A stretch of 64,000 nucleotides of DNA from Botryllus schlosseri (lineage: Eukaryota), in assembly GCA_051294905.1 (NCBI GenBank), contig CM119372.1, positions 20,090,001 to 20,154,000 on the forward strand, read 5' to 3'. The notes beneath the pieces are model-generated. The model had not been told where the DNA came from. It did no database searches and worked only from the letters and a program-made list of their open reading frames with translations. Positions within the stretch are counted from its first letter, which is position 1; the number at the start of each line of letters is the position of its first letter. This document shows, piece after piece, positions 1 to 13,100 of the stretch. A program made the position numbers and the translations under genes.

Positions 1-69
1 AGTTCACTTTCGCCGTCGTGCGAATAACCCATGTTACGGTTCCATGTTTGTGCGTCTGTATGTCATGCT

Positions 70-793
70 TCAGATTGACTCAGAGTCATTGCAATGTGGC
101 TTATTGGTATTGTTATCAGGTGACATTCGATCTACATCAAAACTACCGGTTATGATAATGTCTGTGGATCGATGTTTGTATACCAACACATTGCATGCAA
201 TGTCACACACCTCCATTTGCGCGTATACTGGTGTGGGCAAACAAGCGCGACGTATGTCTGGATGGTATTTTTTCGTGGAAACACAGGGTGTAACATGTTT
301 ACTTTGAATATTGTTCATTGGTTTATCGATTCACAGTTGATATCCGGATCCGGTTACATACTTTATCATTTCCGATTTCAAACTGAATGTCGAGACATAC
401 ATTGACCAATAAAGACACAATATAGCAAACATGCAGGAGGAAAACTCGACCAGGAATTGTTATCGCGATGGGTGACATAAATCCAACCGTTTTCCGAACA
501 CCGTTATCCACATACCAATCGTCGTCGAGGAGGTGTTTTATTCAGACATTTTGACTCTGGAAAATCCAAAGCACGAACCCGGACATCACAGAACTATCGC
601 AGTCTATTGTCCAAGTTTCCAAAACATGCATTTCAGTGTACAAGAGCATATTGTATGTGGTTAACCGATGATATTGATGTGATACGACCGATGGGGTATA
701 CTCTGAAACCGGTTGTCTGTGTATATTTCCGTCACTGTTTGTTGTAACAATATACAAAATATCAAATTGACTGGTGTGGTTGTCAGTTTTCAA
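70..793 (-). pseudogene. Decayed AP-endonuclease (EEP-fold)-like coding remnant
   Basis: Broken minus-strand frames give LTTYN...MHVLETW (cf. N...DIIxLxETW) and VLVYKH..DIIITGSFDVD (cf. vYR...IIxGDFNxD), in EEP order. Recognised by eye only. Confidence 0.4.
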
Positions 794-809
794 AACGAAA
801 ATGGTATTG

Positions 810-1480
810 TCACCCAGGGAAAAAATGTATTTCCAAGTGAAAACGGTATTGGTACTCAGTTAAATGATAGTTTCCAGACGAAAAGGGATTGTTACCCAGG
901 AGAAAATGATTAGTTACTCTGGGTAAAAGTATTTTTCCAAGCGAAAATGTATAGTTACACTGGGTAAACGCCGGATCTCCAAAGGAAAATGATATTTTTA
1001 CTCGACTAAACGACGGACCACCAAGTTAAAATGGTTTGTTGCTCAGGGAAAAAGGTTTGTTACCCGGGGAAAAAATATATTTCCAAGTGAAAAAGGTTTG
1101 TTAACCAGAGAAAAAATATATTTCCAAGTGAAAAAGGTTTGTTAACCAGAGAAAAAATATATTTCCAAGTGAAAAAGGTTTGTTACCCTGAGAAAAAATA
1201 GATTTCCAAAGGAAAAGGGGTTTGTTACCCAGAGAAAAAATAGATTTCCAAAGGAAAAGGGGTTTGTTACCCAGAGAAAAAATATATTTCCAAGTGAAAA
1301 AGGTTTGTTACCAAGAGAAAAAATATATTTCCAAGTGAAAAAGGTTTGTTATCCAGGGCAAAAATAGATTTCCAAGTGAAAAGGGGATTGTTACACTGGG
1401 TAAACGATAAATCTCCAAAGGACAATGGTATTTTTAGTCAGGTAACGGCTGACCTCCAGGTGAAAATGGAAATTTTACTT
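810..1480. repeat. Tandem minisatellite, 41-42 bp unit
   Basis: Unit ttccaagtgaaaaaggtttgttaaccagagaaaaaatatat recurs at 1081 and 1122 (41 bp); 42-bp variants at 1201 and 1243; degenerate copies at both flanks. Confidence 0.9.
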
Positions 1481-3131
1481 GGGTAGGTATCGTATGTTTA
1501 GTGTCGTTGGTATTGTTAAACGTTGTCGCCGGTAGCCGTTGGTATACTATTACGAGTGTGAAAAGGATTTGCACGCCCTGTGCAGAGTATCGCGGTGGTG
1601 AACATATTTTTCGCGTGACGAAACACGATCGCTGTTTAAATGTTAATGCATGCATTTCGATTTCCGAGTTGCTGTACAATAGAGATGACTCCGCGTTAGA
1701 CCGCGCTGTGTACTTCGATTAAAACCACAAGACCACGTGTAAATCTATTCGCGCAACTAGATGATGTTGATATATTGTTACTAAAATTAATTATTACCTA
1801 TTTACACAACATAAAAAAATACCAATTCATGTCGTAGCAGGTTTTTTGAACACGTGCTTGATGAAAACGATTGGCGACAAGTATGCGTTTGTGTTTGAGT
1901 GAAAAATAATTATTTAGAGTAGTGACATTTTGTGACCAACGAATGCAAATCGATCATGATATTACAATATACGCTTTCGTCAACATAACGACTTGGTGCA
2001 GGAGAAACACTTTCATGTTTTTTCAATAACTGGATTCTCGAGACTTGTTACTTGTACCATGTACCGTTGGTGACTATAACGGCCATTTTGTATGATAGTA
2101 CGTTTAGCTGTTTTGTTGTTAGGGCAATCACTTGATGACTCAGCACTTTTTTTAGTAAAGTAGATTGATTTGTGTGTAAGATGTAAGCACCGTAACTAGA
2201 AAACATATGTACTCTGTTGTTGGAGTAGCTGATTTATTGCTATGACACGGACATATCCTGAAACCTTGGTTGGTTTGTTGTCTTACGAAAGATGAGGTGA
2301 CCTCGGTGTCGTAAATTGTGTTAACTAAACCGGATGGATACCACAATTGTGCTGGACTTACACATGGTATTCGCATACTGCACGCATACAAACTTTTGTG
2401 TAAACAACTCTGATGTTTCTGTTGGTACTAGTGTTGTGTTGAACTATTTGGTTCTTAAGACACATGAACACCCATTCAGACAATAAAGGTCATGTGATAT
2501 CGAAACAGTTTGTAGAGTCTAACCAACCATTCTTTAGTTTCGTAATGCGAGAATATCGAGTAAAGTTAATTACTTAGTGCGATGTTAATATCCTTCGTAC
2601 TTTTGTAAGAGTTGTGGAGTAACATACCAAGTAACTAGTTGACACAAACAAAATATTGAATGACTGCTAACGCATTGAGTTCATAATCCAAGAGGGTGAA
2701 ATTTGTTTACTGTTAAACTAACATAACTCGTATCCAGCGAAACAGATACAATCCGGTGATGTGATGTTGGTCAATATCCATTTTGTAAAGATTGAGTAAA
2801 TCCTCTTCCGTCAGGTGGGTGTGGTTCAAATCAATAGCATGTTACACATAAACATCATTTGTATTGAGGGTGATATTGTTGAGTGATGATGCCGCAACAA
2901 CACAACAAGTATTATTTTGTATCGTGTGTTTGTGCTTTAGGAATAGCGAAGTGTGTGATATTTTGGATATCTGTGTTCGGCTGAAACTAGGGTTGTCCTT
3001 GGGTCTTGTGTTGGGTAAATCAGAACTATGTCTAGAATTCAAGCACGTCCAAGTAACGTCTTTTAGTGACAGAGTATTGTGATGACATTTACTTTAGCGA
3101 ATGACAACGGAAAAATTTCCAATTTCTCTGA

Positions 3132-3133
<2 letters not shown>

Positions 3134-3166
<33 letters not shown>
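3134..3166. repeat. (GT)n microsatellite
   Basis: Perfect GT dinucleotide run. Confidence 0.95.
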
Positions 3167-3170
<4 letters not shown>

Positions 3171-3199
3171 ACAAATAATTCCAGTACACCTAACTATAG

Positions 3200-4960
3200 G
3201 ATACATTTAGTAAACATCGTGCAAATTGTTTCTTTGTGATGGTAACGACTTTCGGTGGCTTAGTTTCATGTCGGGAATTATTATTTGAGGGTTCAAAAAC
3301 AATTTCAATCAATACTAGAAATGAACAACAATGCAAAACACGTTTAGCAAATAACGGTGTAGCGAGTACTTTTTTGATATTACGAGTGTTGGATACTAGA
3401 CACTTCTAGTTGAATTGGATGCATCTAACAAGCATATCACAATTTACTTTTACAATAATCAAAGTCTTAGAGTGTATAACCTCGCGATATTTTACATTTA
3501 GCACGCACAATGGGGAGTTACTGAAATGATTAAGAATTGATCGCTAGCTTCGAACGGTACTCGATACTCAAAGTGATATTTTCACACTCTGTAAAGTGCA
3601 TATGTTTCAATTCTCTGTCGCAAATTCCGACAGTAACGACATTGATGTTAAATCCTCACCCGTGGTTATTGTAAGTGAATCCTAAACATCGCAACAGTCG
3701 GTATGGAAATCGAACGCGTGCGTACTTTTAGATAGGTGACACTAACAAGTTTATTACACCGTGAAATACTCTGAAACGTCGATTCGTGATTGTGTTAGCT
3801 ATATTCATCTTCCATATCTGTGGACACAAAGATATCTTGACTTTGGTTACAACTCACTCGAAACGAATTGTCGCGGGTAATCTAGAAAAGCACAAGTCGA
3901 AGACGAATGATTTGATTTCAATAAACTAAAAAATTCCTTTTGTTTTGATGTTGGATTTAATGCAATTTGTATGACTATACCGAATTCGAATCCGAAAGTG
4001 CAATGTTACTTTAGTAGAAAAATTGGATGACTCGCATTTTGATATTGATAGATGTGTAGAGTAATATGACTAGTTTATAAAATCTCGGTAATGTTTTTTC
4101 GTCATGTCTGTGATCAACAAATATGTGATCAAGTCTTACCATTCGATATTAACTTTCGCAGTCGGTGTAATTTGTTGAAGTAACAATACCGACGAGTTCA
4201 ATAATATTCCCCATCGATGCATTCGAATAATCCGTCAGCTGCAAGCGGATTTAAAACTTGATGGTGTTTCGCGGTTAACTCAAGTCAGTGGTCGTGTTTG
4301 TGTTGATTTCAGGAATGATCATGACGAGTTGCCTGGGTAGATTAGTTAATGTGGTTGTAACTACGACCGTACAGAGTTGCTGACACCCCAATATCTTTTA
4401 TGCTGTAATATACGGATTTATTTGTGATAAATTAATTCTCAGTTATTGTTCAGACATTCAAATCTCGTATACTCAAAATATAATATGTCCAAGTCAAATC
4501 GTATATGCACCGATTAGTAAATACTTTGTCTTCAGAATAGTAACAACCTTTACAATTGAATAAAAAGATAGAGCATACGAATACAACCAGGATGAATTAA
4601 TTCAAATTTGTGAGTTGTAATGATATATTCAAGTAAGGGAAACTAGATTTTTAACAATTGTTAATGTTGTGAATAATTCTTTTGAGTTTGAAATGTGGCT
4701 GGATCAAAGTTGGTAGTCATGTTTGTCAAACCTATTTCACTTCACGCAATGTCAAAGTCCAAATATTTCATTCTGGATTATTTGGATTTATCTTTAGTAC
4801 ATCCCGCGAATGGATTTAAAGTTGGCAAATTACCAAAATGATTGAATAATATCGGGTCAGAGATAGTTGGTATTGATTCTATAAGTGTTAAAACAGCGGC
4901 GTGGAATGTGTGAATGATCCGATGAGGGTGAATGTTGGTGTCAGTAATATTCAGGTTACG
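3200..4960 (-). pseudogene. Decayed ubiquitin-specific protease (peptidase C19)-like remnants, possibly two tandem domains
   Basis: Stop-interrupted translations GCQQLCTVVVTTTLTNLPRQLVMII...IKF*IRLQLTDY...IELVGIV...VIQFFY, and downstream QSRIDVSEYF...GICDRE...ENITLSI, follow USP box order. Catalytic residues not evident. Confidence 0.35.
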
Positions 4961-5054
4961 TTCGATTCAACAGATCGCGTTAATAGGATTTGAGTTGGGT
5001 CGAATCAATACATTCAAATACGATTCAACTTGATTTGTGTAGTGAGTTACACTG

Positions 5055-5690
5055 ATGACTCCCACTTTATCAAACGATATGACATCGAACAGCGTCAACA
5101 CTATGCAAGTCGGAGCAACTTCAAATTTTCACGTCGGCGTCAAATTCGTCTCATCACCCAAAAGAGGTGGCGTTAGCCAATATCTCAAAGGTATATTCAT
5201 CGATGGTAATAACGAAGAGATATCTTTCACGTGTTTCAATCGTGATTTGTTCGGGAACATTGAGAAAGCATTCACCAAACGAAAAAAACTCATGGTCAAA
5301 TCCGGTTGGGTTCAAATTGATAAATTTACTGGAAAACCCACTGTATTACTTGTTCGGGCTTCGTCAGTAACTCTACATGGAAAATCGAGACATACGACTG
5401 AAGAATACCCATTATTGACCTGTGAATCGGTATACGGAAATAAAGATGAATACGTCTCGATCGCCGCTACTTGTGTTTCTCGAGAAGAGAAGATGGTCAA
5501 TTCTGGTGCCGGAAAGGAGTTGAAATTATACAGTTTTACATTGAAGGATGATACTGGCGAGGTGGTTTTGGATCAATGGAACAAAGCCTCGCTCGTACCC
5601 GGGAAGAAATATCAACTCACTCGTGTTAAAAACTGTGTCGACAGATTGAGAATCGATCAGTTAACTAGACTTGTCGAATTGAAAGAATAG
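5055..5690 (+). CDS. Intronless 211-aa protein with two putative OB-fold (RPA/SSB-like) domains
   Basis: Intact ORF. Motifs YLKGIFIDGNNEEISFTCF and LYSFTLKDDTGEVVLDQWN...LVPGKKYQLTRVK resemble OB-fold DxTGxI.xTxW strands. Confidence 0.65.
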   Translation: MTPTLSNDMTSNSVNTMQVGATSNFHVGVKFVSSPKRGGVSQYLKGIFIDGNNEEISFTCFNRDLFGNIEKAFTKRKKLMVKSGWVQIDKFTGKPTVLLVRASSVTLHGKSRHTTEEYPLLTCESVYGNKDEYVSIAATCVSREEKMVNSGAGKELKLYSFTLKDDTGEVVLDQWNKASLVPGKKYQLTRVKNCVDRLRIDQLTRLVELKE

Positions 5691-5949
5691 TTTGCTTATT
5701 TGTATCTTGTAATACAATATTTCCATTGGCAAGAAATGTATGACCTATGTGATTCGACAACTGGGTTAGCGCGGTGTTGTTCTACTGATCGAGGTGCGAA
5801 AATTACACTATCGCGGTGAAGTCGCGGTTGTGAACAGCAGCATATTCTGTAGGTGCGGAACAGCGGTATACAAGGTGCGAATAATCCGATCTGAAAGTCA
5901 GCGTGCTATTAAGGTTACGTAGGAATCAATAGGCACAGTGCGAAAAGAC

Positions 5950-6295
5950 GCCGCGGTCTATATCCACAACGTTAGTTCACTACCAAACAAGCCATGGCAG
6001 GTCATCGCCGCAGCCTATACCCACAACGTTAGTTCACTACCAAACATTCCATGGCAGGTCATCGCCGCAGCCTATACCGAAAGGGTGGGGTCACCAACAC
6101 GAGTTTTCAAGGTATATCATCACCGCAGCCTATACCTGAAAGGGTGGGGTCATCACCGCGCCAATAAGAAACAATGGCAGGTCACCACCGCAAGGGGGGT
6201 CTAAAAGGGTGGGGTCATCACCCCGGGTTTTCAGGCAGGTCACCACCCCGCCCATAAGAGCCCCAGGCACATCATGAGAGATCTACTATACTACT
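5950..6295. repeat. Subterminal GC-rich repeats ending in a putative Polinton/Maverick-type terminus
   Basis: Two ~57-bp direct copies at about 5955-6075, three aaagggtggggtca units, then agatctactatactact ending at 6295 (reverse complement AGTAGTATAGTAGATCT). Confidence 0.5.
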
Positions 6296-6432
6296 TTCGC
6301 CCACCACAGCCTGAATATAAAAACGCGAAGCCTGAAATGCCAGTTTCAGGAAATAATCCTGTAGTTTAACTTTGAAAGACCATATGCTCAATGCTCAAAT
6401 ACGCCTGTGTGAGTACAGGCCTATATATAGCG

Positions 6433-6778
6433 TAGGCTTACCATATTTTGGAAATCTAAAAAGAGGACACTTTTTCAGAAATTTGAGACTTGCAAAACCG
6501 GAGAAGAATTCTAAAAAATCGGTGAATTTTTCCCACTTTGTGATCGGTTGACTAAAAAAAAGATCATCTTTTCGCTCAGAGCTCAAAATACCGTTTGAGC
6601 GTCACCGCTGTGCTAATTTACGGCATATCACTCGCATTTTGCTGTAAATATGACCTAAATTTTCAAAAAAGAGGACAAAATCTCATAAAAGAGGACAAAA
6701 GGGCGTCCCTCGAGGACACTTTCAAAAAAGTCAAAAAAGAGGACAAATCCTCTTAAAAGAGGATGTATGGTAACCCTA
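6433..6778. mobile_element. Non-autonomous hAT MITE (family copy 1)
   Basis: TIRs taggcttaccata / tatggtaacccta; 8-bp TSD atatagcg on both sides; internal aagaggaca repeats. Confidence 0.9.
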
Positions 6779-7190
6779 ATATAGCGTGACAATCCGATCC
6801 GATCAGCTGCATACGCAATCGTTTTACCCTACGCTGCACCTTACCTCGCCCAGTTTCACCAGGATTGAACTCCCGATTGGCAGTAAAATCTATTTCTCGA
6901 TAATAGTCAACCGGTATATCTATAGAAAGAACATACATCCATAAAATAGGTTTCTTAACATCCGGAAACAAACAAAGGAATGCCAACAGTAAAAACGATT
7001 GATGATAGCAATCTGTTTCAACTTACAATAATAATTTACGAGATATATTGTCCGCGAAATGGTGCAGTGTACGCGAGAAGTGCAAAATGAACGAAGCCGA
7101 TTGACTAAAACACTGCGGCGAGACGCAGTTCTAACGCGTCAATGTGGAAATTGATGAGACGTATGCTTTATAGGCCACCGCTGACCGCCT

Positions 7191-10100
7191 TCAATGACAC
7201 GGTGAGCGGCTAGCAGTACCGAAAGGAGACGGGCAATTGCGAAGGAGCGGGGTATTGCGACGGAAGCCGAAGCTTCCGTTGTAGCTGTTCATGGGCCCGA
7301 TTTCCGACAAGAATTGGTCGTGGCCGTCGATGCTGTCTCTTGAGTAGCCTGGGGAGAAGAATGCATACAATTATGTGTATATATAATATAAATATCTACG
7401 CGTTTTAGATAGTCGAAGGGTTGAATTTCATGTAAGAGCAGACGGATGTCAATTGTTTAACGAACCGCAAGGAATATTGACAAACTAACAGCAATGCAAT
7501 CAGAGATGGTGAGTAACGAAGTACTTAAACCAGGGGTGTCAAACTCAACTTGGGTCGCGGCCGAATTCAAACATTTTGATCGCTCGCTGGCCGGATCGGC
7601 CAATTGATTGCAAAATGTTACCTTCAAACCCACACCATTTTCACTAGAATGCCTTATTATCAAAGCTATACAGCATACATAATAGTCCAATAGTATATAA
7701 TATAAATTTGAGATCATATGACTATGCTAGCAACGACGTTTTTGTTGTTGTTGTTGTTGTTAGTATTGTACATGTACAGTACAGTACATACGGCGTTCGG
7801 CTACTAAGGCATTTTACACCACGTTATTTAGTATCGAAACTATAATTCTCGTATATAAATTAACTTTCAGTGGTGAGAAGCGTATATAATTTCAGTCTTT
7901 TACTACTCGACTTGAATCATTAAAATTAATACTCAATTCAGATTCGAGTATACTCGAATCATCGTGCCTAGACCTAGTCGTGATGCGGCGTTGGCCTGCG
8001 CATTCGTTGTGAGGGATACAAGAGATTTAAAAGTAAACGCGAATGATGGAATTCAATTGAATATTAGGCCTATCGTTCATTTTTCATTTTTCTTCGTTCA
8101 TTCGATTCATGCTTTCGGTGTACGCAAGCAGTCAGAACCGTCGAGTTGCCTTGATGTAATAAGATGGCGAAAAATTGGGCTAGAAATAGACTTCGGGTCT
8201 CCCAAACGTTATTTTCCCGACTCGCGTTCACGTGATATACATGAGATAGATTCTCCGGCCCACACAAATAAACAGATCGTCTACGCACAAGCTCCAAAAC
8301 TCCATGCAGTCTCCTGACAACCGCACACCACCACTGAGAATACACGAAAGTCCTATTACCTGCGCCCGACCTATTTCTCTTCTCCATGTAGATATGACCA
8401 TCGCCAATATTGTGGAACCGATCTACAGCCTTGCCTTGTATAGACTCGCTCCTGCCGCGAAGCTGTTACAGTGCATCAGTCGCGGTATTGGATAAAATAG
8501 AAGATGTATTGGATTCGACTCGACTCTTACCTGACCGGTCTTCCTCAGGTTTTGCTTCACTCCGTGGTACTTGAAATAGTTCTGCACGTGCTTGTCGAAG
8601 TGGGAATTGTAAGGGGGGATGGCGGGGCCCAGCTTAGGCTGGACTCTGGCGTAGTCCGTCTGTAACAAATAAGCACAGATGGCGGATGAAGGCAGATTTT
8701 ATCGGTCACATCCAGAGGCTGGGAGTTACGACGGCTACTTTCTCGAAGTACTCAAAGTAGGTTTTGACTACTGCAGTCGAGTGGGAATGTTTTAGACTAC
8801 TCCCATTTCTACTTCAACATTTCTGCAGGCAAAAGTACTTACTTTTTACGCTTTTGGTTTTGAAAGGTAGAAAGTATTGGGATAAGTTCTACCACTTACA
8901 TGGGTAAAATATAGTCCCTGTATAACAGTAAATGAATATATTTTGGAAAATTGCGCAGATTTGCAGTGCCGGTACAATCATTTTGCGTTGGTCGCGAACT
9001 GATCCATCTTGAGATTTCAAAAGTAGCAACCTCCCATTAACTGCTGAAATTATGCGACCTCTCGACCAAATCTATCTCTCAAAATTACTTACTTGAGTAC
9101 TTTTCAGTCCTTTCATTTTCTACTTCTACTTGAAGTAGTTTTGACATGTCTTGTATATCGCTACTTCTACTTCTAATTGAGTACAGATTCATGGTGTTAG
9201 TTCTACTTCTACTTGAGTAGCAACGCTGACCACTATGATCTCCGTATACAAAACGCAACCTCATTCCCAAAAGACAACATAAGTAATTGATTTCACTGGT
9301 CTACAAACCGGTTAGCATACAACAGCAACAGATCAAATATTGTTATTAAATCGTCTATCATGAAACCTGGGTTGTTGTAGTACAGAATGAGTGAGTTTTC
9401 GATGAACTTAAATCCAGTGATTCTCTATCTATCTATCTGCTGTTTCGTAAAACGTAAAAGTTTGCAAAACAACAAACATTGTATTGTTGGTATATTATGT
9501 AGAATAGAATTGTTCCCTCCGGTACATGACCTAAATATGTGCCCCTTTAAGCTTGCTTTGAATCATTAGAAGAAACAGGATGCCTGCTTTTCCAAAGAAA
9601 AAAGGGCTTATCATGATAACTTGCAAGAATTTATCATTATTAATCCACGCCTGTACTTATCATGCTAATTCTTCTCCGCCAGTTTTCATATTCTGTTACA
9701 TCTTATCGGAATCGAGGAGAGCTGTTTCCGAACGCTTTTTTTTGGTTTATTGCCATGGTATAATGGGCTTATTTTGCATTGTCTATTATAGACAACCAGA
9801 TGAATGGAGATTGCATAATAACAGCTTAACACGAAACCTGAAGTGCGTGTTACTTCACAATAGAAATAAATATACATCGTTTCGACATAGGACATTTTGT
9901 GACCTACGCCAAATATCATGTGTTCTATGCTGGAAGAGAGCCAGAGATGAGCATTGATTCATTTTTGATTAATTAGTGATGTTTTTATATGGTTTCGAGG
10001 CTTTTCCTTGCAGGATTAAATGCCAGTTCTAAATACAAACAGCTTACATTCTGGGTGGTTTCTGATTTGCCGTAATATTTTGCTGCGAACTAGAGTTGGT

Positions 10101-13100
10101 TGAAGGGATCGGCGTTGCTACTCAAGTAGAAGTAATAATTTCCAAGACATCTGAAAACTATTTCAAGTGGAATGCGAAATGAAAGGTCTGAGGAAGTCAA
10201 TAAATGTCTAAGTATATTTAGTCGGTGGGAGGATGGTCGCATACATTCAACAGTTAGTCGGATGTGGCTACATACGAAATCGCAAGATGCATCGATGTAG
10301 CTAACGCAAAATGACTATGATGACACCACCCATGGGTAGAATCTATGAAAAATATATTAAGTTACCGTGATTCAGAGGCTATTTCAAGCGTTTCTTATGA
10401 CAATTTACCTCATGATAGTGGTGGAATATCATCTTGGACTACTTTCTACTTAAAAAAAACCTAATTGCAAATGTAATTAGTTCATCCAGAATACTGTTCA
10501 GGTAGATGTTGAAGTAGTTGTAAAACGTTACCAATTTCAGTAAGTACTGCAAGTAGCCTAAATATTCTTGATTACCTCGAAAAAGTAGAAATATTAAACA
10601 TATATAATATTTCAACTATGTGATGTGATAGAGCAGGGGTTCTCAACCCGCGGCCCGCGGGCCGCATGCGGCCCGCAGACGGTTATTTTGCGGCCCGCGA
10701 CATCTTTCATTATAAACGCAATTCCTACTGACACGATATTGTTACATAATAATTTAGCTACTTAGAACTCTTATCGCACCGTCTCTGTCTCGTTTGATTT
10801 CTGATTCTTTGATATGTTCTGGTTTCTTGATATATGCTCGAGTGTAGATTGTTATTGTTTTGAATCGGTATTCGGCTGGATTCTGATTGAAGACAATTTC
10901 GTCGTGTAGTATACTTTTAAAGAGCGTTTCACTCACCGCGAACGGTTTGCACGGATACAAGCACAAAGAAGGGGAAATTAAACGGCGGAAACTGGGTTTG
11001 TAAGTCTGCGTGGAAAAATTAATTTGCTTTCTCAGATATAAACGGAAAACCTGATGTGACATATTTGTCGAAGATCAGTTGTCGTAACGAAGTGTAGAGG
11101 CTTAAAATTATACCACGACACTTTCTTCTGAAGTTATACGTATCGCCTGATGTTAGAAAAAACATTGCTAGCTAGGTGTCACGCTCACCAATCCATATTT
11201 CGAGGCATTGTTAAAATTGTCGACGATGTTACAGACATATGGTTCAAAATTGCTTGGAATATCGCCAAATCCATGAAATTTGCCAGAGAAGGTGTCATTT
11301 CAACAAAACCTAAACATACTATGCGAATATTCGCTGCTTCCAGAACTTAACAGCAAGGACAACATCATCTGACAGATGTTAAAGCTACAGTTATCTGATT
11401 GAACCGTGACCAGAAGAGTAACAGCAATGTCAGTCGATCTTTCATCGCATGTTCTGAAATACGTTGCCGCGTAGACTACTTTAACCTAGCATCGGACGAA
11501 TCCACTGACTCCACAGACACTGCAAAGCTAGTTATCTGAGTGCTTTTTATCAGAGTGGAAATGCTGGCAGAGAAAACGCGGGGAGGGCTGAGCGAAAAAC
11601 ATCATCAACTTAACAAAGCTGACTCCTATATGTACGACTATTGGTGCAGGGCTCCAGCCATGGAAGGAAAGGAGTGGTTGATTGATTTGTTCAGAAATGA
11701 CCCGAACGCCAGACTTCTTCTCATATCACTGAGAGCTCAAAGTGATGATGGCCTTTGTAACGAAAAATTCCCGTAAATTTATACTTGCTCGCTCACGTAT
11801 TGAAAGAGAGAGTTTGGTTTTCTGGTGGACGGGTTTGAAGGTGGATATACCGACTTGGCAACTAATGTAATACACGCTCAATGACGGGTTATACTTTCGC
11901 CGCTGGAAGATAATATTCTCACAGAAAACAACAACTGAAAACTTACGAACACTGCTTTAGAATGCCTAAAAATGTACTAAACGACGGTATACGACTGGTA
12001 AATAGGCTACAGTAGCCTACATTTAATAGTAGCCCACAAATACATGGAAATAATGTTCTGCGGCCCGCAACGTCTTTTGCTGTTAAAATGCGGCCCGTTA
12101 TACAAGGGAAGTTGAGAACCCCTGTGATAGAGCAAAAATAACGTCAGATTCGTATTCAGCGCCCCAAATTAAGTATAATTGACCCGAAGAAGTCCTGGAG
12201 CAAAAATCATGTGTGTTTTAATAAGTAGACATTAATTAGTTCGTCCGACTTTGGCTGCCCTTTGGTCTACCTCATCTTTCAACAACCTCGAGGTCATTAA
12301 TAGGAATCGAGATCAAATGCGCCGACATACCTGAATGCTACTTAGTGCCACGCCGTCCAAAATAAAGCCCTTTTCCTTGGCCAGAAGTTGAGCTTTGGTT
12401 TGCGAGGGAGCGACGGTTTTCGGTCGCTGTAGCTTCTTTGGGATTGGGTAATCAATCCGTGTTGCGCCCTGTAAAATCACGTGCTAGTCATTGGTCAAAA
12501 TTGGCAGCAATCGATTTCCAGCACTACCGAGCGTCAAAGGTACGGGGCTATCACTGGACTCGCGTATCGGGGGCTCATTGCTGGGGCTTTTACGAATTGT
12601 GAAACACCCTCAAAGCCGCGTGTTGCAACTTGCAACAAAGGCGTATCTATAGCCTGACTATGTAGTAGGCAGTGGACACGCAAATGGGTCCAGTCTACAC
12701 GCGACGCGGACCCCAAGACGCAAAGTGCATTAGATAATCCGATCAAAGCAATTCCACAACTAAATATGGTAATACCGTAACTGCAAACCTTTGGGATTGT
12801 TTCTTCCCTGGAAATAAAGGCTTTCTAGTCGTTTAAACTGGCAACCACGCGCGCTTAGCGAAAAATACTGCGTATTACCACCCTAAAAAGCGGTTCATGT
12901 AATCATAAGTTCCTCCACCCGTGATATATATCTCCATATTATTATTATTATGACTATAGTAGCAATTTCAAGCTGAGGTGGTCAGTAACGAAGTATACAT
13001 CTACTTTCGGAGTATTTAAGTCGCGGTTATACCCGCATGCACTACTTACTCGGACGGTTATGATGGTTATGACGGTTACTTTTCTTCTACTTAACAGCTT

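Noticed and set aside
810..1480. CRISPR-like array
   Set aside because: Contiguous tandem units without unique spacers, eukaryotic context, no cas genes.
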